Below, piece after piece: positions 36,658-49,239 of a stretch of DNA of 64,000 bases (positions are counted from its first letter, which is position 1; every line of letters begins with the position of its first letter). The notes under the pieces are model-generated. The model ran no database searches. It was not told where the DNA came from and saw only the letters and a program-made list of their open reading frames with translations. Made by a program: the position numbers and the translations under genes. Origin of the DNA: Octopus sinensis (Eukaryota); contig NW_021832715.1 in NCBI RefSeq assembly GCF_006345805.1, positions 1 to 64,000 of the forward strand, read 5' to 3'.

Positions 36658-37629
36658 TAGTTTTTTTTTTTTAACTTTCCACATGAAGAGTACCAGGAAT
36701 TTTTTTTTATTTGATTCCCAGTATATTTATACAGCTTCATGTTACATGCTGACATGGGTTGCATGATTTGACAAGGTCCAGTTGGTTTAAGGTCTAATGC
36801 TCCAGTATAGTTTTTATGACTTGATTCTCTTCCTAACACCAACCACTTTGCACCATATATTGAGTGGTTTTTTTTTTTTTTGGCTGCCACCAGAACTGGT
36901 GAGTTAGCTATGCAACTTTCAAGACTATGAACCCAAAGGTAGAGAGGAACAGATTTATGACATGAAAGAAGGGACCAGGGCAGAACAGGTTTCTTGCTAC
37001 ATTTCAGAAGAGAGTGGAAGTGATCAGGTGGAACTGAAAAAAGATTAAAATATTGATGAGGTGTCTGGGTGAACCCTGTACCGAAAAGATTAAGAATCAC
37101 TGCCCTATATAGTCATTCAACCTGCTAGAATGAACAATGCTAAATCTCCAAATCTGCCAAACCAAACCACACAATACTTCCTTAAACCATGAAGGGCCAC
37201 ATTTGGATGTTATGATTCTGATTACATGTTGGTTACATGTGGAAATGATGGGATGTTCATCATCATCGTTTAACATCCGTTTTCCATGCTAACATGGGTT
37301 GGACGGTTCGACCGGGATCTGGGAAGCCAGAAGGCTGCACCAGGCTCCAGTCTAATCTGGCAGTGTTTCTACAGCTGGATGCCCTTCCTATACTTTTGAA
37401 TATTGGTTTGCTGGATCAAGGTTGACTTTGGACAAATCCAGAACATACTTCATTTGCTTAGCAATATCAAAACTGCAGTGGGGAATTTATTGCACATGCA
37501 TGATGCCCACACATCTTCATGTGTGGAGTGGGAGATGTATCCTTGCCAGCATAGAACATGGATGATGATGATACATTTTTCTTTGTTGATTTACTTTGAA
37601 ATTTACACACTTGCATTGTTGAAGATTAC

Positions 37630-37657
37630 CTTCTGCCATTTCTGTGTTGTCATCTGC
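37630..37657 (-). CDS. Candidate 28-nt exon (QMTTQKWQK or ADDNTEMAEG)
   Basis: aaactaacattttAG acceptor containing CTAAC; AAG|GTAATC donor. Confidence 0.25.
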
Positions 37658-38079
37658 CTAAAATGTTAGTTTGTCAGACATTCTTTAGCTAAGGATAAAG
37701 ATTACTTAACTAAGCCATTTTGTAATCTTTCTACCATTCTTAGTAAGAACATGGCAGTTGTGTTTCAGACACTTTAAAGCAAAAGAGAAACTAAGAATGG
37801 TGAAAATATGAAGTTTCATGGATTTATTAAGTAACAGTAGCCAGGTAGAATGAGCTAACTGTGTCAACTTATTCAATCCATCATTACTCTTTTACTCTCT
37901 CTTTTACTCTTTTACTTGTTTCAGTAATTTGACTGCGGCCATGCTGGAGCACTGCCTTTAGTCGACCCCAGGACTTATTCTTTGTAAGCCAAGTACTTAT
38001 CTATCGGTCTCTTTTGGTGAACTGCTAAGTTACGGGACGTAAACAACCCCCCATCGGTTGTCAAGCGATGTTGGGGGGA

Positions 38080-38270
38080 CCGCATGTGTACCGCTGGCAA
38101 TTTTCTTCCTCCGTCTTCCCTTCCTTGGATCTTTCTTTTTCCTATTTTTCTGACAGAGAGCTCTGCTCGAAACGCTAAATCCGCCTTCTTTCTTTCCTTT
38201 CCTGAGTATCCAATAACACTATACTTGTTCCACGTCTTCATGTTGTTGTGTTTTCATGTTTGGATTAACT
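38080..38270 (+). mobile_element. Short Penelope-terminus-like element with a degenerate hammerhead fold, between two SINE family 1 pieces
   Basis: TTT-CTGACAGA-GAGC-TCT-GCTC-GAAAC-GCT-AAA at 38147-38179; ends in (TA)n. Confidence 0.6.
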
Positions 38271-38285
38271 TATATATATATATAT

Positions 38286-38660
38286 GTAGCTTGCTAACCA
38301 ACCACATGGTTCCAGGTTCAGTCCTACTGCGTGGCATCTTGGGCAAGTGTCTTCTGCTATAGCCCCGGGTCGACCAATGCCTTGTGAGTGGACTTGGTAG
38401 ACAGAAACTGAAAGAAACCTGTCGTATATATGTCTATATGTGTGTGTAGGTGTGTGTGTCTGTGTTTGTCCCCCTAGCATTGCTTGACAACCGATGCTGG
38501 TGTGTGTACGTCCCTGACACTTAGTGGTTCGGCAAAAGAGACCGATAGAATAAGTACTGGGCTTACAAAGAATAAGTCCCAGGGTCGATTTGCTCGACAA
38601 AAGGCGGTGCTCCAGCATTGCCGCAATCAGATGACTGAAACGAGGTCGAGATAAAAATGA
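38286..38660 (+). mobile_element. SINE family 1
   Basis: Aligns to family 1; a minus-strand 3' half lies at about 37885-38080. Confidence 0.85.
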
Positions 38661-39189
38661 AAATAAATAAAACAGGAAGTTGGCTGATGATATACTCATG
38701 AGTCTATGCATCCATCTTTTTGCATATCACTGACTACATTGTCTTAGTATGCCTTTTTATTAAGATTCCAGGGTGTATTTTAGGGAATTTAACTGCTGTT
38801 TCCAGCAGATCAAACAATGTGGAGCAGGAATTTCAAACATACACCCTCTTGTGCTAGACATGGACTTGAACCACAATAATATTTAGTCCTGTCTCCTAAT
38901 TCATTTATATTCTAAAAAATTTTATCACTACTTTTTAATTTTTAGAATCTGTAAAATATATATCGCATGCATGTTCTAATAATTCATTCTGATTCCAATC
39001 TACTCCAGACCCGACAAACTTCCTGTTTTGAAGTGATTTAAATGGAAACCTTCCAACAAATTTCATGTTATGTTCCAAACATCAACATAATGATGAATTA
39101 TTTTACTAAATTCTTCATTCTTTTCAAAATTAGTTGAAACAACAAACATAGTAATAAAAGAATTAACATCTGTTCTAATTAAGTAAAGC

Positions 39190-39417
39190 TTAACCCTTTA
39201 GTATTCAGATTTCTTTGTCAAATGTATTAACTAATTAATTCACATCGTTTTGAACTAATCAGGCATTATTTTGTAGCTTCAAGATTTCAAAGTGTGTTTT
39301 TATATTTTTAGAATGGTATTGTAAGGCAGGTGTGAAAAGTTAGATCAGGTCAATTTTAATTAAGAACAGGGAGACTATTTGGGCCGGATATGGTTAGATT
39401 AAATGCTAAAGGGTTAA
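39190..39417. mobile_element. TTAA-flanked MITE family B
   Basis: TTAA-CCCTTTAGTATTCAG...TAAATGCTAAAGGG-TTAA. Confidence 0.85.
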
Positions 39418-39509
39418 AGAATCTTTTAACTCAACCAATAAAAAAGAAACTTATGAATCCGTATACTAAACGATGTAACTTACTACCCCTTCACTTTGTC
39501 TATACATAC

Positions 39510-39600
39510 TGAACCGGGCAAAAGATTTTCTTTTTATCATATTTACATTTGTCATCCAAATGGATTCTAGTCATATGAATGATATTGAAGCTATTTGCAG
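39510..39600 (-). CDS. Candidate 91-nt exon ANSFNIIHMTRIHLDDKCKYDKKKIFCPV
   Basis: tactatttcAG acceptor, CA|GTATGT donor; one frame open. Confidence 0.25.
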
Positions 39601-40875
39601 CTGAAATAGTATAAGCTTTCTAGTAAGCGTTGGTCACACAAATTTTATGCATTCATTTAGACAATTTCTACTTCCATTCTCACACTCTAAGGACTCTTAT
39701 ATTAAAACAAAAGTGAATGCATTTTCCTCATACATCTCTGCACACAAACTTTGCTTACACCTCATGTTCTTTCTTTTACTTATAAAGCTATTATAATGTA
39801 TATTGACTCCTCTATCTATTGACTTTGACCTACATTATGAATGGGATTTTTAGGAATAATTCTGTAGTCCGTGAGATCTAGTTTATGCTTCAATGTGGGC
39901 TGCGAAGACAAATGAGTTGGACATCACTGAAATAGAGGCTCAGCTGTTGAATACACTAACCTTTCTATTATCGTACTTAGTGCCTCTACATTAAACAGTC
40001 ATGTTATTCTCTTTTCATAGTACAATGCATTCCTAAATACTCATTGTAGTCTCTGCTCACTTTTAACACTTTTACATTGAGTCTAAGATTAATTTATAAT
40101 CTAATATGCTGCCTAAATTTCAATTTTCTTTAATCAAAAATTTAAAAGGGTTAATAAAGTAAGAACCCCCCCCCCAAAAAAAAAACTGACTTTTTATTAT
40201 TAAGATATCTCTCTTTTACTCTCTTTTACCTGTTTCAGTCATTTGACTGCGGCCATACTGGAGCACCGCCTTTAATTGAGCAACTCGACCCCGGGTACTT
40301 ATTCTATCAGTCTCTTTTGCCGAACCGCTAAGTGACAGGAACATAAACACACCAGCATCGGTTGTCAAGCGATGTTGGGGGGTCAAACACAGACATACAA
40401 ACATACATGCACATACACACACACACACATATATATATCTATATATATATACAACGGGCTTCTTATGTGGAACACAATCAAAATGTCTTACATAAAAATG
40501 CGTTTAATTTAAATATGAACATCTTAAAATGAGATTTTATGTAATAGAATCAGATACTACCCCAGGAGGGAGTTGACATTATCATGAAACATTCATTTTT
40601 ATATTGCATAGGTTGGATGGTTTGGCAGGAGCTGTCCAGGCTCAAATTGTCTGTTTTGATATGATTTTTATGGCTGGATGCCTTTCCTAATACCAACCAT
40701 TTTACAGAGTGTACTGGGTGCCTTTTTATGTGACACTGTCACAGGTGCTTTTTACATGGCAGAGGCACAGGTACTTTTTATGTGGCACTGGCACAAAAGG
40801 TTAAAACGTTCCTTACAGTATTTCTACTCCTGAAATTTTAAAATATAAAACAGACCTGCTTCTACATTTGATACC

Positions 40876-41104
40876 TATTTCTTTACTACCCACAAGGGGC
40901 TAAACACAGCGGGGACAAACAAGGACAGACAAAAGGATTAAGTCGATTACATCGACCTCAGTGCGTAACAGGTACTTATTTAATCGACCCTGAAAGGATG
41001 AAAGGCAAAGTCGACCTCGGCGGCATTTGAACTCAGAACATAATGCAGACGAAATACGGCTACGCATTTCGCCTGGTGTGCTAACATTTCTGCCAGCTCG
41101 CCGC
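40876..41104 (-). mobile_element. SINE family 3, full length with a 17-bp TSD
   Basis: TSD CTTCTACATTTGATACC at 40859-40875 and 41105-41121. Confidence 0.9.
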
Positions 41105-41465
41105 CTTCTACATTTGATACCATTATCAGTAAACAGTGCCAATAATAATTTTTTTTCTTTAGGACTTTCAATGATAATGAAGGGTCCTCGGTTGGTTTCT
41201 CACAATAAATAATTATGTGATCAATTGAACTACACCCTCATTACATTAATATGTGGATGAGTATTCCTGACATGTGTAACTTCCAGGCAGAAACAGTATT
41301 ATGTAGATTAGAAAACTGGGTTGTTTAATTGCAGCTATTATCTATCCATTAGGCTTCCACACAGTTTCTGTTCATCCAATTCCACTCCCAAGCCTTGTTT
41401 GATTTGAGGCTCTGATAAATGAAGATTCCACTGTCAACCTTTCTCCATTCTGTATAGTTAGCTAC

Positions 41466-42118
41466 ATGTTCTCTTTCTCCCTCTCTTTCCCCTCCCTCTC
41501 TCTACTTTTCTTTCTCCCCTATCTCTCTCTTTCTCCCCCTCTCTCTGTCTTTCTCCCCCTCTCTCTGTCTTTCTCCCCCCTCTCTCTGTCTTTCTCCCTC
41601 ATCTCTCTGTCTTTCTCCCCCATCTCTGTCTTTCTCCCTCATCTGTCTTTCTCCCCATCTCTCTCTCTTTCTCCCTCCATCTTTCTCTCTTTCTCCCTCC
41701 ATCGTTCTCTCTTTCTCCCTCCATCTTTCTCTCTTTCTCCCTCCATCTTTCTCTCTTTCTCCCTCCATCTTTCTCTCTTTCTCCCTTGTTTCTCTCTCTC
41801 TTTCTCCCCTGTGTGTCTCTCTCTCTTTCTCCTCCATCTCTCTCTCTCTTTCTCCGCCATCTCTCTCTCTCTTTCTCCTCCATCTCTCTCTCTCTCTTTC
41901 TCCTCTATCTCTCTCTCTCCTTTCTCCTCTCTATCTCTCTCTCTCTCTTTCTCCTCCATCTCTCTCTCTCTCTTTCTCCTCCATCTCTCTCTCTCTCTTC
42001 TCCTCCATCTCTCTCTCTCTCTTTCTCCTCCATCTCTCTCTCCCTCTTTCCCTCTTTTTCTCTTTTCTCATTCACTCTCTCTCCTCTCTCTTCTCTCATT
42101 TTCTCTTTCTCTCTCTCT
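41466..42118. repeat. About 650-bp polypyrimidine/polypurine (CT-rich) higher-order microsatellite
   Basis: Repeated 16-22-nt units such as TCTCTCTTTCTCCCTCCA. Confidence 0.95.
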
Positions 42119-42384
42119 AAATTTTGTATATAGAATTTGTGTTACTTTGAGACATCAAAAACAAACTATCCTCTGAACTTCACACAACCATCCCATCTGA
42201 TCTAGTCTGCTCCCAAATGGCTCACATAGAATCAAACTTTCCCATTCATCATTAGATTCAATATGTGAGAAAAAATGGATAGCAGGAAGGGCTGGCATGT
42301 TATTCTTTTGATAGTTTTTCATTGAACTGCAGCCTTGTTGGAACAGTTCCTTCAAAGGTTGTAGTTGGTCATATCATTCCCAGT

Positions 42385-42715
42385 GGAAATGCATAGCTCA
42401 GTGGTTAGATCGTCAGGCTCACAATCATGAGGTAATGAGTTCGAATCCCGAACCGGGCTGCATGTTGTGTTTGTGAACAAGACACTTTATTTCATGTTGC
42501 TCCAGTTCTCTCAGCCGTAGAAATGAATTGTGATGTCACTGTATCAGTCCTTGCCTTTCCCTTGGATAACATCAGTGGTGCGAAGAGGGGAATCTGGTAT
42601 GCATGGATGACCACTGGTCTTCCATAAACAACCTTACCCATACTTGTACCTTGGGGGGAACTTTCTAGGTGCAATCTCATGGTCATTCATGACTGAGGCA
42701 GGTCTTTACCTTTAC
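42385..42715 (+). mobile_element. tRNA-derived SINE (another family)
   Basis: A-box TAGCTCAGTGG, B-box GTTCGAATCCC, body GTGTTTGTGAACAAGACACTT; a related head lies at about 58516. Confidence 0.7.
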
Positions 42716-43119
42716 TTTTATGATCCTCAATATTATTTCAATTTGTCTTTGCTTTTTTTATCAATCTTCATTTGTTGAACCACTAGATTACATAGCACTA
42801 CATTGGTATTTAGACTGGTGTAGGCATAGGCACACATAATATGGCAAGCTTTTTCTCAGTTATCATCTGTCAAATTTCTCTTCTAAATCACTGGGTAGTC
42901 TGAGGCTGTGATGGAATGCCCTTGAACATAGTTGCCATGCAGTAGGATTGAACCTTGAGCTACATAATTATGAAGTAAACTTAACTGTGCCTATAGATGC
43001 ATAATCTTCTTAATCCTTTTTGCCCCTTGTGAAGCATAGGGCCTCAACAGTTGTTTTCCACTTTTTGCGGTCATTGGCTTATTTCTTGGCTGCTTTCCAT
43101 TAGATGCATAATATTATTA

Positions 43120-43830
43120 TTAAAACTATAACATGTTATGTTCATTCGCAGGGTTGTTCTCTTTAGCTTTGATGGCAAGTCTCTTCAAAATTCATAAATC
43201 TCTCTTAGGGTTCTTGCTGAATACAAGTTGACACTTTCTTGCAGGTCAACAATATGAGTCTCAATTCCAATATTCTCTAGCCACCTATGTAGTAGTTTGG
43301 GTGTTGTGACAAGTGCATAAACCACCGCAAGAACAATTTTCACCGTTATATTTTTTTCACCTGGTCTTGATATATCTCAATGTTCTTAATTTCTTTTATT
43401 TCCACTCAACTAACATGTGGTGTGGCTGAATCTATGATCTTATTCTGTTTTTCTGTCCTCTACTGTCATACGTGGTATACTTGCTTCAATAAGGGCGGCG
43501 AGCTGGCAGAAACGCTAGCACGCCGGGTGAAATGCGTAGCCGTATTTCGTCTGCCGTTACATTCTGAGTTCAAATTCCACCGAGGTCGACTTTGCCTTTC
43601 ATCCTTTCGGGGTCGATAAATTAAGTACCAGTTACACACTGGGGTCGATGTAATCGACTTAATCTGTTTGTCTGTCTTTGTTTGTCCTCTCTGTGTTTAG
43701 CCCTTTGTGGGTAGTAAAGAAATTGGTATACTTGCTTCAATATTATGGTCAGTCTCTTTAAAGAAATCCTGTAATTATCATTCACCATCATAGCCTCTGG
43801 CTTCTGTTCATACCATTTTTCTATTGCTGT
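43120..43830 (-). pseudogene. RLE-type non-LTR retrotransposon 3' fragment, interrupted by a SINE family 3 copy
   Basis: EKWYEQKPEAMMVNDNY...DHNIEA...LHRWLENIGIE...LQESVNLYSARTLR resembles restriction-like endonuclease C-termini. Confidence 0.7.
43492..43723 (+). mobile_element. SINE family 3, full length with a 19-bp TSD
   Basis: TSD TGGTATACTTGCTTCAATA at 43473-43491 and 43724-43742. Confidence 0.9.
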
Positions 43831-44929
43831 AATATTAATAGTATTATTATTATTATTATTATTAGAATATGTAGTAAATTGTCAGTTATTGCAGCTTTGG
43901 ATGAAATGCCATGGGGTATTTCATCCAGTTCTTTACATTCTAAGTTCAAATTGTGCTGTGATCAACTTTAGTCTTCATCCCTCAGGGGTTGATAAAATAA
44001 AGTGCAAGCCAAGTTTTGGAGTTAATTATATTTAACTATTTCCTTCCCTCCCAAAATGACTATTTGTATCTGTCTTTGGAATGATAATTGAACGAACAAA
44101 GGAAAATAGAAACAGTAACTCTTTTACTTTTGTTTATAGAGTGGAAATGAAGACATGGAACGGTGCATTGATTAATACACGTGCACACAGCTCTGTTTTT
44201 CACTGCAGAACATAAGTTACACTTTGTTTGGCTTTCGTTATTTACCATTGCTGTAAAATATAAATGGTGGAACAGATATCGTCAATATGATTTTAAATCA
44301 GATTAGCTTTATGGCGAGAGAGTAAAAAAGAAAAAAATTAAGAAAAAAACATATTGCAAGAAGGAGAGAGAGAGAGAGAGAAAGAAAGAGTATGTGGTGA
44401 GACAGACAGCCTTATAGCTTGTAAGAGAGAGAGAGGGAGGGAGAGATAGTGGGAGAGCACAAGGAAAGATTAACTATTTGTTTGGTCTGTTGATGTAAAA
44501 GTAAATAGAAACACTGTACTATGCAAGTAATGCTAGCTGTAAGTGCATAAAAGCTAGTACTTTACTTTCTTTGTAGTATCTTGGCAGGGCACCAAACAGT
44601 TCAATAAAAATGCACTAGCAGAGTACACTATAATAAGTGTACTTATACTTGCTCTGCTGTTCAATGTTTAAGCAACATCAGTCACTTTGGTGAAGATCTG
44701 TTGTTATTGTTTTACTTAGTTAAGACCTTATTTGATTCCAACATATAAAACCATATAGTCTTTGAATGTGTGTGTGTGCATGTTTTGTGTTTTTTTCTAT
44801 ATGTATGCACATATTTTCTGCTTTTGCATGTATGTGTGTGTGTGCTTTTATTTGCAATGTTAAAACAATCTGATCTAAGAAACATAATCTTAATTCAAGC
44901 TGATAGTGTAATTATTATTATTATTATTA

Positions 44930-45470
44930 TGTGACAGAGCAGTGGATGCCATCAAAGTGACACTGGGGTAAAATATACGAAGCCCAGTATACCCATCATG
45001 ACTACCTATCTGATAAGGGTACACTAGACACATGCATCACAACCATATGTGCGTGACATAGTGACCTCATATCAAGATAAACAGCACATGACCTTGCAGA
45101 TGGGGCCCAGTTAGAATTTTCTTCTGGCCGAGTAACCCATCCCGCTCAAAAGGTCCCTGAATAAGGATTAAGGATGTTGAATGAAACACCCATGTTTCCA
45201 GAGGTGAATTATTCAAGGCCCAAAGAATTCCTCTCAACACATGGCTATGATGCTCCCCCACTACTTCTGCTCGTGATCAGAGATGCACATATTGTCAGCC
45301 ACTAAGGGACATGCTCAACTGGTTAAGGTCAAACAACTGACAAGCAAGAGCAGAATATTTGCTGTAGCCCATCTTTTATATCAAGACAAAACAATGTCCA
45401 TGATAACGCTTCCAATCAGTTAAGATCAGAAGCCATGAGAGCCACTGCCTGGTACTGCATCAGGGCATCA
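44930..45470. mobile_element. Interspersed repeat of unknown class
   Basis: Abrupt GC shift after an (ATT)n tract; recalled as a common Octopus repeat; single copy here and no ORF. Confidence 0.35.
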
Positions 45471-47528
45471 GGGCTCAGTCCCACTGTGTGCCATCTTGGA
45501 CAGGTTCCTTCTACTATAGCCCTAGGCAAACTAAAGACTTGCAAGTGGATTTGATAGATGGACACTGAAAGAAGTTTGACACACATGTGTGTGTGTATGT
45601 ATATACCTTTACATGTGTGTGCTTGTGTTTCATTGTCTTAACGTCACATTGTAACTGTAAATGAGTGTCAAAATTGCATAATGTCCTTCATTTTCCAGTC
45701 TTCCCTGAAAACATGTCTGGCCATGAGGAAATATTAGCTTGTTTGGAAACAAGTGGGAAGGGTTAGTGATAGGGAGGACATCCAGCCATAGAAAATCTGT
45801 TTCAAATTTCACCTGACCCATGCGAGCTTGTGAAAGTGGATATTATAATGGTGATGATGGTGACATAATGTAACCAGGAGTACATTACTCAAAGTTTGGG
45901 GTGGCACAGCTAAGCAGTGGTATGTATAAATACAAGGTTATATTAACAGTTGAAATATGCTTGGGGCATATTTGAACCCATAAGAAAGCCGTTCACTGTG
46001 TTTTGTCATGGAGAAAATTTCTCTTACTGTAGACAAATGGTGTAAATACTCCCTAATCAGTTCATAACATCACCTATTCAAACTGTGGGATGCAAGCATT
46101 TCAAAGTGGTTATCTTCTCTTCATCCAAAAAAAAACCAAAAAAAAAACCAGACAGGATGTTCTATAAGCTGATAAGAGAGGTTGTCCATCTTATGATATT
46201 CTCAAAGTGTCGTTTCATTTTTTTCAAAGATGATTATGTCAGTATAAGTAGTTTTGGCTACTATCTCTAGCCTGTCAAAGTACTGTTGTTGACTCAGTTT
46301 TTATGTAGTTCTTACAGTATTTATAACAACCATTAACTCTGCACATTAACATACGGTTAACTCATAGATTTAGTATTGTAATGTCTTTTCTACTGTGTAG
46401 CTATAGTAATTACATTGACAATTAGAATTATGAAAGGGCTGAAAATACAAGCCATGAAACAAACTGAAAATGTGTATGTACATATGCATTTCTGTGCATG
46501 TGTGTGTATGTGTATATAAAGTATATATAAAGTATATACTTGATGCATAGATTTATATATGTATGCATGTATATACATGCGTGTATGTATGTGTGTGTGT
46601 TTACATACACATATCATCATCATCATCGAAAGCGGACGTTAAACGATGATGATGATGATATGTGTATGTATGTGTTTCTATATGTTTATATGTGTGTGTT
46701 TACATATATATGTGTGTTTCTATATATATGAAAATGTATGTACATATGCATTTCTGTGTATGTGTGTGTATGTATATATAAAGTATATACTTGATGCATA
46801 GATTTATATATGTATGAATGTACATATGTATATACATGCCTGTATGTGTTTACATATATGTGTATGGATGTGTTTCTATATGTTTATATGTGCATGTTTA
46901 CATATATATGTGTGTACGTATATGTGTGTTTCTATATATATGTTTATATGTGCATGTGTGTGTGCTTTTATGTGTCTGCATATGTATAATATATGTATGT
47001 ATGTAGATAGATAGATAGATATATACTCTTGTTAGAACACAGAAAATTAACTTCAATAGCAATCTGATTAATTAATAGTTTATGTGGTTAGAACACACTA
47101 GAAAAGTGGTTAGCTAATTGAAAAGCAATCATAAAACAATTATTTATGCTGCTTTCTCGTGTTAACTTGCTTTACCTGAACTGTAATGAAAATTAATGTT
47201 CTTTTATGAAAGAATATAATTGAAAATGAGCAGTTACTCTGTTTCATTGCCTGTGCCTACATACATACACGCATGCATGTTCATGTGTGCACAGCACGAA
47301 CACACGCACGCACACACACACACGCACGCATGCACACACACACACACATGTATATATGTGCACATATATGAAACAGAAATTCAAATGGCTAAACTTCAGC
47401 TGCTTTTAGCAAATCTCTTTATTATTTTTTTTTTTTTTAGCTAAAGCATCCTTCACATGTTGATATCTCTCCTCTGTGAGATGAAAATCTCCAAACTGGA
47501 ACAGATTGAGAAGCAGCAACAAGCCCGT

Positions 47529-47930
47529 GGAGGTGCAATGGCCCAGTGGTTAGGGCAGGAGACTCGCGGTTGGAGGATCGCGGTTTCGATTCCCAAACTG
47601 GGCGTTGTGTGTGTTTATTGAGCAAAAACACCTAAAAGCTTCAGGAGGCTCCGGCAGGGGGGTGGGGTGGCGACCCCTGTTGTACTCTTTCGCTCCAACT
47701 TTCTCTCAATCTTTCTTCATGTTTCTTGTCCCCGACTTCCTACGCAACCGCTAAGCCTGGATGCGCATTCATCCATCCGTCGATGCTCTCGGTGTCGGGG
47801 GTTGACGTGCTCTCTCTTCTGCGGGTCTTACGAATAGCAAAGGAACACATTTTGGACTTCTCCCACTAACGGGATGAAGACCGCTTCGCTCAACAGCAGT
47901 AACAGCAGCAGCGACCCCTAAGCTGTTTAT
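47529..47930 (+). mobile_element. tRNA-derived SINE family 4, tail variant X
   Basis: A-box TGGCCCAGTGG, B-box GGTTTCGATTCC; the first 190 bp or so are shared with the 48223 copy. Confidence 0.8.
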
Positions 47931-48222
47931 AATTATCCATTGTACATTCTAAGTTAGATACACTTTGCTTAAATATGCTTGATTCTGTTATGTTCTTGTG
48001 AGTCTTATAGTCATATGCTCATGTACACACACATACAGACACACACACACACATACAAACACACACACACACACTGTTCAATTTGGATTGGTAATATTGT
48101 TTCTTGCTTGTGTGTATATCCATGCACTGTGGCTGTGATTATTTAACCCCAGATCAGCTCCTGTCATAAATCTGTGATCGAAGATATTTCAACCATGACT
48201 GTCCACATTTATATATATATAT

Positions 48223-48530
48223 GGAGGCACAATGGCCCAGTGGTTAGGACAGCAGACTCGCGGTCTTAGGATCGCAGTTTCGATTCCCAGACCGGGCGTT
48301 ATGAGTATTTATTGAGCGAAAACACCTAAAGCTCCACAAGGCTCCGGCAGAGGGTGGTGGCGATCCCTGCTGTACTCTTTCGCCACAACTTTCTCTCACT
48401 CTTTCTTCTGTTGGCCTGCTCGCTTAGCCAGCGGGGTGGCATCATTTGAAGGCTAAAACAATGCGAAGCGCTTTGTGACCAGCGATGTGTAGCAACATCT
48501 GATGGCCTGGTCGGTCACAGTGATCACGGT

Positions 48531-48537
<7 letters not shown>
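48223..48537 (+). mobile_element. tRNA-derived SINE family 4, tail variant Y
   Basis: Same head and body as 47529, unrelated 3' part ending ...GGTCACAGTGATCACGGTGAGA(TA)n. Confidence 0.8.
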
Positions 48538-48568
<31 letters not shown>

Positions 48569-48705
48569 ATCAGTAGTTAAGAAGTTTACTTTGCAACTGC
48601 ATGCCTTTAGGTTCAGTCCCACTATGCAGCATCTTAGTCTCAAGCCAACCAATTCCTTGAGAGTTAATTTAATAGATGGAACATGTGAAAACCTATTGTT
48701 TCATG

Positions 48706-49090
48706 GTTGTGTGGTAAGAAGCTTACTTCCCAACCACATGGTTCCAGGTTCAGTTCCACTGCATGGCATCTTAGTCAAGTGTCTGCTTCTTTAGCCTTGG
48801 GTTGACCAAAGCCTTGTAAATGGATTTGGTAAATGGAAACTGAAAGAAGCCTGTCATATATGTATGTGTGTGTGTGTGTGTGTGTCTTTGTGTCTGTATT
48901 TGTCCCCCAACACTGCTCAACAACTGGTGTCGGTGTGTTTACATCCCTGTAACTTAATGATTTGGCAAAAGAAATCAGTAGAATAAATACTAGACTTAGA
49001 AAAAAAAGGTACCGGGGTCGATTCATTTGACTAAAAGCTCTTCTAGACAAAGCCCCTGCATGGCTGTGGTCTAAATACTGAAACAAGAAA
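48706..49090 (+). mobile_element. SINE family 1, older copy
   Basis: Aligns to family 1. Confidence 0.8.
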
Positions 49091-49239
49091 AAGATTTTTA
49101 AAAAAATGTGTGTCTGTGTGTCTCTTTGTGTTTGTCTCCATCTCACACTACCTGACAGTTAATGTTGGTTTGTTTACTTCCTTTAACTTAGCATTTCAGT
49201 AAAAGAGACTAATAGAATAAGTTTAAAATATGTACCATA

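Noticed and set aside
36908-37048. Open purine-rich frame LCNFQDYEPKGREEQIYDMKEG...KKD*
   Set aside because: Poor acceptor, and it lies in a segment ending with a hAT-like terminus (AAAAGATTAAGAATCACTGCCCTATA); more likely a transposon relic.
41466-42176. 236-aa SL-rich ORF and ER-rich antisense ORFs
   Set aside because: Translation of a CT/GA microsatellite.
42385-42460. tRNA-like sequences with A and B boxes (also 24946, 47529, 48223, 58516, 14700, 62665)
   Set aside because: They run directly into SINE bodies and lack a complete cloverleaf; these are SINE heads, not tRNA genes.
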